Origin: Pseudomonadota bacterium
GTDB lineage: Bacteria; Desulfobacterota; Desulfobacteria; Desulfobacterales; JBDRRP01
Direction: 5' to 3'
Assembly (NCBI GenBank): GCA_043825735.1
Contig: JBDRRP010000105.1
Location: forward strand, 1-64,000
DNA: 64,000 nt
Shown here piece after piece: positions 59,901-64,000 of this stretch. Each line of letters begins with the position of its first letter. The stretch's first letter is position 1. The position numbers were made by a program, and so were the translations under genes. The notes beneath the pieces are model-generated. The model ran no database searches. It worked only from the letters and a program-made list of their open reading frames with translations, and was not told the DNA's origin.

Positions 59901-60261
59901 CGCCGCCACCGATATCTACCATGGAGAATTTCTGCCAGAAGAGCCGTATGCACCATGGGTCGAGATCAAGCGGGCCGCGCTGCGCAACCACTATCTGGAA
60001 ATGCTTCAAGTCATGGGCGATGCGTACCGGCAGCAGGGAGACACCGAAGGGGCCATTGCCTGTTTCCAGGCCATCGTCCACACTGACCCCGGTGTGGAGA
60101 CGGCCCAGCGGCGACTGATGGCCCTCTACCGCGATCTGGGGCGGCGCCACGAAGCCATCCGCATTTATGAAATCTACCGCACCTACGCGGAATCGTTTCT
60201 CGGAATCCCCCCGGAAGAAGCCACCACCGCCCTGTACCGCCGGATCGTACACCGCACGTAA
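56929..60261 (+). CDS. Large MalT-like ATP-dependent regulator with C-terminal SARP/BTAD domain
   Basis: TKITPP, GQAAQGKST, TEGWAGGL, YRFHQLFRDFL; REVLMEDLWP, LHRLRKVL, YHGEFLPE, ETAQRRLM. Confidence 0.88.
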   Translation: MPLNLTKITPPVTPHVLRRQLLNARLDAAPQKRVVLVLGQAAQGKSTLVADYLSQKDTPAAWLHLDSTDADPVNFFLLLVNALTLALKGITADVHLASPPVTLGPKAGRQRYRERIGRLLRDIAGPFNLVMDGMECLPPEAPSLQLIDWVLERLPADATAYLISRTQPALRLSRFRVRQEMILITNADLAFSAQEADAFFRRRLSGPLRPKHLKDIHRATEGWAGGLVLAAELMDHAGSKSDGPRLANILEHTFREETLAFFSEEIFAALPEETRAFLVAAALPETIEPRLLNGVVDTRLAESLFDDLLQRNLFIQTVVDPECGMRYRFHQLFRDFLLTRFERTTALDQQQRILSRLAENLDGEGRVEDAIGFYHRAGRIDRVADVIKKIGTDLVVSGRIADLHRYLAWIPGNHAPQDNWLAFYRILCRRLRKGPGDVDAFTAVNRAFTAAGDTKGMLLSTAYRIESAVFAGISSDKVLAWIADAESLLKSLRGRRYFAYAKTLLWMQVGFGAIAAGGNTRRGIAACEQACRMAERIGETTLQNNAAVIGAFGHITAGDFERATITLAAVGSAIDGTTYPEYRALRHILSLELMLIEGRFTEAEALVNTLQQEIDTHDLLFIYPLFIEQVGRLRICQGALASADVQVRHLGDIAALTSNPLLEALALRLEGAVSYHKGRYVAAARQLAVAGQRLTAHDPDCHHAIMVGVLQDVVGRHVTPDTDITAHLSAALAGFITPGNAAAAAEIHLALALAAASGATDASMRPHLEAGFAMISKNGQNAFLLLNRSDVIAACLLAAEISSTPELTATATAIMDRVVAPLPPDEASIIMAELRGVTPGGGSRADIATAPPPALLLHIRTFGGFSVCRDQTKAIASRDWGGGKPRNLLKAIIVHGVRDIPREVLMEDLWPESPPEAGAKRFKVTLHRLRKVLEPALNPAHGSRYVHLTDNRVSLDPAFCRVDVEQFLDAYKAFNRSRVSADTDSMMRAGRAATDIYHGEFLPEEPYAPWVEIKRAALRNHYLEMLQVMGDAYRQQGDTEGAIACFQAIVHTDPGVETAQRRLMALYRDLGRRHEAIRIYEIYRTYAESFLGIPPEEATTALYRRIVHRT

Positions 60262-60281
60262 TCCGGCGCCCCGTTACGCCC

Positions 60282-60388
60282 GATATTTTTGATCACCACG
60301 AGATCACGAAGGACACGAAGGTTTTCTATCCAATCCTTATTTTTGGTCTTTCTTCGTGCACTTCGTGACCTTCGTGACCTTCGTGGTT
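60282..60388. repeat. CACGAAG hairpin element, copy of 1385-1481
   Basis: Colinear similarity, with one extra CTTCGTG unit. Confidence 0.85.
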
Positions 60389-60433
60389 CACATTCGGGGT
60401 TGCGGGTATAAATCAGCTTCCGAATATCAAGCG

Positions 60434-60462
60434 GGAACCAAAATTGTAACCCTTTCGTAACC
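60434..60462 (+). promoter_or_regulatory. Candidate SARP/BTAD binding site: three direct repeats G(G/T)AACC
   Basis: GGAACC 60434, GTAACC 60446, GTAACC 60457 (12- and 11-bp period). Confidence 0.45.
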
Positions 60463-60699
60463 AACCCCCTGTTATCGGCGGTGCAGGGCATCGGAATGGC
60501 CATGTCCGAGCGATGCCCCGGCCCTTTCCGGCGGTGGCCTTTTCAGGAGCGGCACCTCCGAAATTCGCGCCGGAAAGGGCATTTTCCCTGACATTTGCGA
60601 GGGGCTGCCCACAGGCCTCCCCTCAAGCAGTGAAACACGCAACCAGTGCCTTTCCACCGGTGGGATGGGCACTCACTTACACCAGGAAGGAGAATAGGG

Positions 60700-63600
60700 A
60701 TGGACGTCAATCGTCGACAATTTGTCCAAGTCTCCGGCGCAGCGGCGGCCTGTCTTGCAGCGAGCGGTATGGGATTTGACCTATCTCCGGTCAAAGCACA
60801 TGCCCAGATGCTCAAGACCCAGTACGCCAAGGAGACCCTCACCATCTGCTGCTATTGTGCAGTGGGCTGCGGCGCCATCGTTCACACCAGCACCAGGGGC
60901 GATGGCCGCGCCATCAACATCGAGGGCGATCCGGAGCACGTCATCAACCGGGGGGCGCTCTGTTCCAAGGGGGCATCGCTCATTCAACTGGTCGAAAACG
61001 AAAACCGGATCACGGAGCCCATGTACCGGGCACCGAACTCGGGCGAGTGGAAAACGGTCTCCTGGGACTGGGCCCTGACCGAAATCGCCAAACGGGTGAA
61101 GGCCACCCGTGACGCCTCCTTCGAGGCCAAGAACGCAAAGGGGCAGGTGGTCAACCGCACCACCGCCATCGCATCGGTGGGCAGTGCTGCCCTGGACAAT
61201 GAGGAGTGCTGGACCTACCAGGCCCTCATGCGGGCCCTGGGGCTGGTGTACATCGAACACCAGGCCAGGATCTGACACAGCGCCACAGTTGCGGCTCTGG
61301 CAGAGTCGTTCGGACGCGGTGCGATGACCAACCACTGGATCGATATCAAAAACAGCGACTGTATCCTCATCATGGGAAGCAACGCCGCTGAAAACCACCC
61401 CATTTCCTTCAAGTACGTCACCGAGGCACAGAAAAACGGCGCCACGCTCATCAGCGTGGACCCCCGGTTCACCCGCACATCCTCGAAGGCCGACATCTAT
61501 GCCCCCCTGCGCTCGGGCACGGACATCGCCTTTCTGGGCGGGATGATCAAATACATCCTCGACAATAAACGCTATCATGAAGAATACGTGGCCAATTACA
61601 CCAACGCCGCCTTCATCGTGGGAAAGGACTTTGGCTTCAAAGACGGCCTCTTTGCCGGATACGACGCCAAGACACACGCCTACGACAAGAAAAAGTGGGC
61701 GTTCGAGATGGACGCCAACGGTGTCCCCAAAATGGACCGCAGCCTTAAAGACAGCCGCTGCGTCATGCGGCTGCTGCAAAAACACTACGATCGCTACAAC
61801 ACCAAGCTGGTCTCCGCGATCACCGGCACGCCCGAGCCCCTGCTCAAGCAGATTTACGAGACCTACGCCGCCACCGGAAAACCCGGCAAGGCGGCCACCA
61901 TCATGTACGCCATGGGCTGGACCCAGCACACCACCGGCACCCAGAACATCCGCACCATGGCCATCATCCAGTTGCTTTTGGGCAACATGGGTGTGGCCGG
62001 CGGCGGCGTCAACGCGCTTCGCGGCGAATCCAACGTGCAAGGCTCCACCGACCACTGCCTGCTGTGGCACATCTGGCCTGGTTACCTGAAAACGCCCCGG
62101 TCCAGCGACACTTCGCTGGCGGCCTACAATGAAAAATACACCCCCGTCAGCAAGGACCCGCTGAGCGCCAACTGGTGGCAGAACTATCCCAAGTATTCCG
62201 TCAGCCTGCTCAAGAGCTTTTTCGGGGATGCGGGAACGCCGGAAAACGAATTCGGCTACAACTGGCTGCCCAAAGTGGATGACGGCGTCCCCTATTCATG
62301 GCTCGATATCTTCGATGCCATGTACGACGGCAAGATCAAGGCGATGTTCGCCTGGGGCATGAACCCGGCCTGCTCGGGCTCCAATGCCGGCAAGAACCGC
62401 CAGGCCATGGCCAACCTGGACTGGATGGTCAACGTCAACCTCTTCGACAACGAGACCGGCTCGTTCTGGAAAGGGCCTGGGATGGACCCGGCGAAGGTCA
62501 AGACCGAAGTCTTCATGCTGCCGGCGGCAGCCTCCATCGAAAAGGAAGGCAGCATCACCAACAGCGGCCGCTGGATGCAGTGGCGCTATCAGGGCCCCAA
62601 ACCCCTGGGCAACAGCCGGCCGGACGGCGACATCATCCTGGAATTCGGCCGCAAGCTGAAGGAAGCCTACGCCCATGGCGGCACCTTCCCCGAGCCCATC
62701 TTAAACCTCAAATGGGATTATCTCACCGACGGCGCCTACGACTCACACAAGGTGGCCAAGGAAATCAACGGCTACTTCCTCAAGGATGTCGATATCAAGG
62801 GCACCGTATACAAAAAAGGCACCCTGGTGCCGAGCTTCGCCTTTCTCCAGGCCGACGGATCCACCTCTTCGGCCAACTGGCTCTACTGCAACAGTTACAC
62901 GGAAAAGGGGAACATGGCGGCCCGCCGCGGCCAGGAGGACGCTCCCAACAAGATCGGCCTCTATCCGGGATTCTCCTGGTGCTGGCCGGTCAACCGGCGC
63001 ATCATCTACAATCGCGCGTCGGTGGATCCTGCGGGAAAGCCCTGGAACAAAGACCGGTGGGTCATCGAGTGGACCGGTGAAAAATGGATCGGCGACGTGC
63101 CCGACGGCGGGTGGCCGCCGCTGGTGGGTGCCGACGGCAAGCCCAACCCCAAGAGCAAGTATGCCTTCATCATGCAAAAGCACGGCCACGCCCAGATCTT
63201 CGGTCCCGGCCTCAACGACGGCCCCTTCCCCGAGCACTACGAACCCCTGGAGTGCCCGGTGGAAGAAAACGCGATGAACAAGCAGCGCATCAATCCTACC
63301 GCACCGGTGTTTTCCGGCAAGGCGGACGAGTACGCTTCTTGCGATCCGCGGTTTCCTTTCGTAGCCACCACTTACCGGGTCAGCGAGCACTGGCAGACCG
63401 GCCTGATGACCCGCTACCAGCCCTATCTCATGGAACTCCAGCCGCAAATGTTCGTGGAAATGAGCGTAGAGTTGGCCAAACTGAAAGGGATCACCAACGG
63501 TCAGCGGGTCATGGTCAGCTCCGCGCGCGGCAAGGTGGAATGCACGGCCATCGTCACCCAGCGCTTCAAGCCGTTCAAAATCGGCAAGAGCGTGGTTCAC

Positions 63601-63747
63601 CAGGTGGGCATGCCCTGGCATTACGGCTGGCGAACGCCCGTCAGCGGCAAGGAGGAGAGCGCCAATCTGCTCACCCCGTCAACCGGAGACCCCAATACCC
63701 GGATCCCCGAAACCAAGGCCTTCATGGTCAACATCGTGAAGGTGTGA
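60700..63747 (+). CDS. fdnG: Formate dehydrogenase alpha subunit, Tat-exported, selenocysteine-containing (UGA at 61273-61275)
   Basis: NRRQF Tat motif, CCYCAVGC, EHQARI-UGA-HSATVAALAESFGRGAMTNHW in frame, ALRGESNVQG. Confidence 0.96.
61291..61309 (+). promoter_or_regulatory. SECIS hairpin
   Basis: GCGGCTCT-GGC-AGAGTCGT stem-loop 15 nt after the in-frame UGA. Confidence 0.75.
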
Positions 63748-63763
63748 AAGGAGGTGGTCTGAA

Positions 63764-64000
63764 ATGAGCAAGGCCTTTTTTATAGACACGACAGTGTGCA
63801 CGGCATGCCGCGGCTGCCAGGTGGCCTGCAAGCAGTGGCACAATCAGCCGGCCGAGGAGACCACCAACCGGGGCACCTATGAGAACCCGCCGGATCTTTC
63901 CTTCGACACCTTCAAGCTGGTCCGAATGCGCGAGGAGGTCATCGATGGTCAGCTCCGGTGGCTGTTCTTTCCCGAGCAGTGCCGTCACTGCATCGAGCCC
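63764..64000 (+). CDS. fdnH: Formate dehydrogenase beta (Fe-S) subunit, truncated by the window end
   Basis: Manual translation MSKAFFIDTTVCTACRGCQVACKQW...QCRHCIEP; AGGAGG RBS; absent from the ORF track. Confidence 0.9.
   Translation, partial: MSKAFFIDTTVCTACRGCQVACKQWHNQPAEETTNRGTYENPPDLSFDTFKLVRMREEVIDGQLRWLFFPEQCRHCIEP

Noticed and set aside
60646..63747. fdh alpha subunit as a split pseudogene
   Set aside because: A single in-frame UGA at the Sec position with a downstream hairpin explains the split
1..64000. Prophage, integrative element or defence island
   Set aside because: No integrase, transposase, phage structural or recognisable defence genes; no tRNA or rRNA seen

Overview
A GC-rich bacterial chromosomal window. 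Gene content (Sec-containing FdhAB, WtpABC, Isf, DsrE, CheX, many PAS kinases, beta-oxidation genes) suggests a sulfate-reducing Desulfobacterales-type deltaproteobacterium; this is inference. About 47 credible CDS and no rRNA, tRNA, CRISPR array, integrase or transposase. Housekeeping and transport blocks are crotonase, acyl-CoA ligase, wtpABC, livKHMGF, NAD kinase, panC-metK-ahcY and selenocysteine formate dehydrogenase (in-frame UGA at 61273 plus SECIS hairpin). Less ordinary blocks: (1) a TetR-controlled lipid-catabolic operon with a stand-alone SCP2 carrier, two tandem divergent DUF2148 Fe-S proteins, CoA ligase, acyl-CoA dehydrogenase, SCP2-type thiolase and SDR; (2) a signalling operon with an orphan GspG-like pseudopilin and a lipoprotein between a degenerate hybrid kinase, a HAMP kinase and a small HAMP membrane protein; (3) an MlaE/MlaD system with an apparently dead ATPase, divergent from a DUF799-FN3-beta-helix / LPP20 / FlgT-N / LPP20 exported-protein operon; (4) an EHD-like membrane-anchored dynamin next to a SET-domain protein; (5) a TPR protein with 42 consecutive glycines. 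Many intergenic gaps hold nested palindromic MITE/REP-like elements from at least six families, one showing compensatory base changes between copies. All family assignments come from motif recognition by eye, not database searches. Start codons were adjusted from the ORF track where an RBS or gene overlap supported it.
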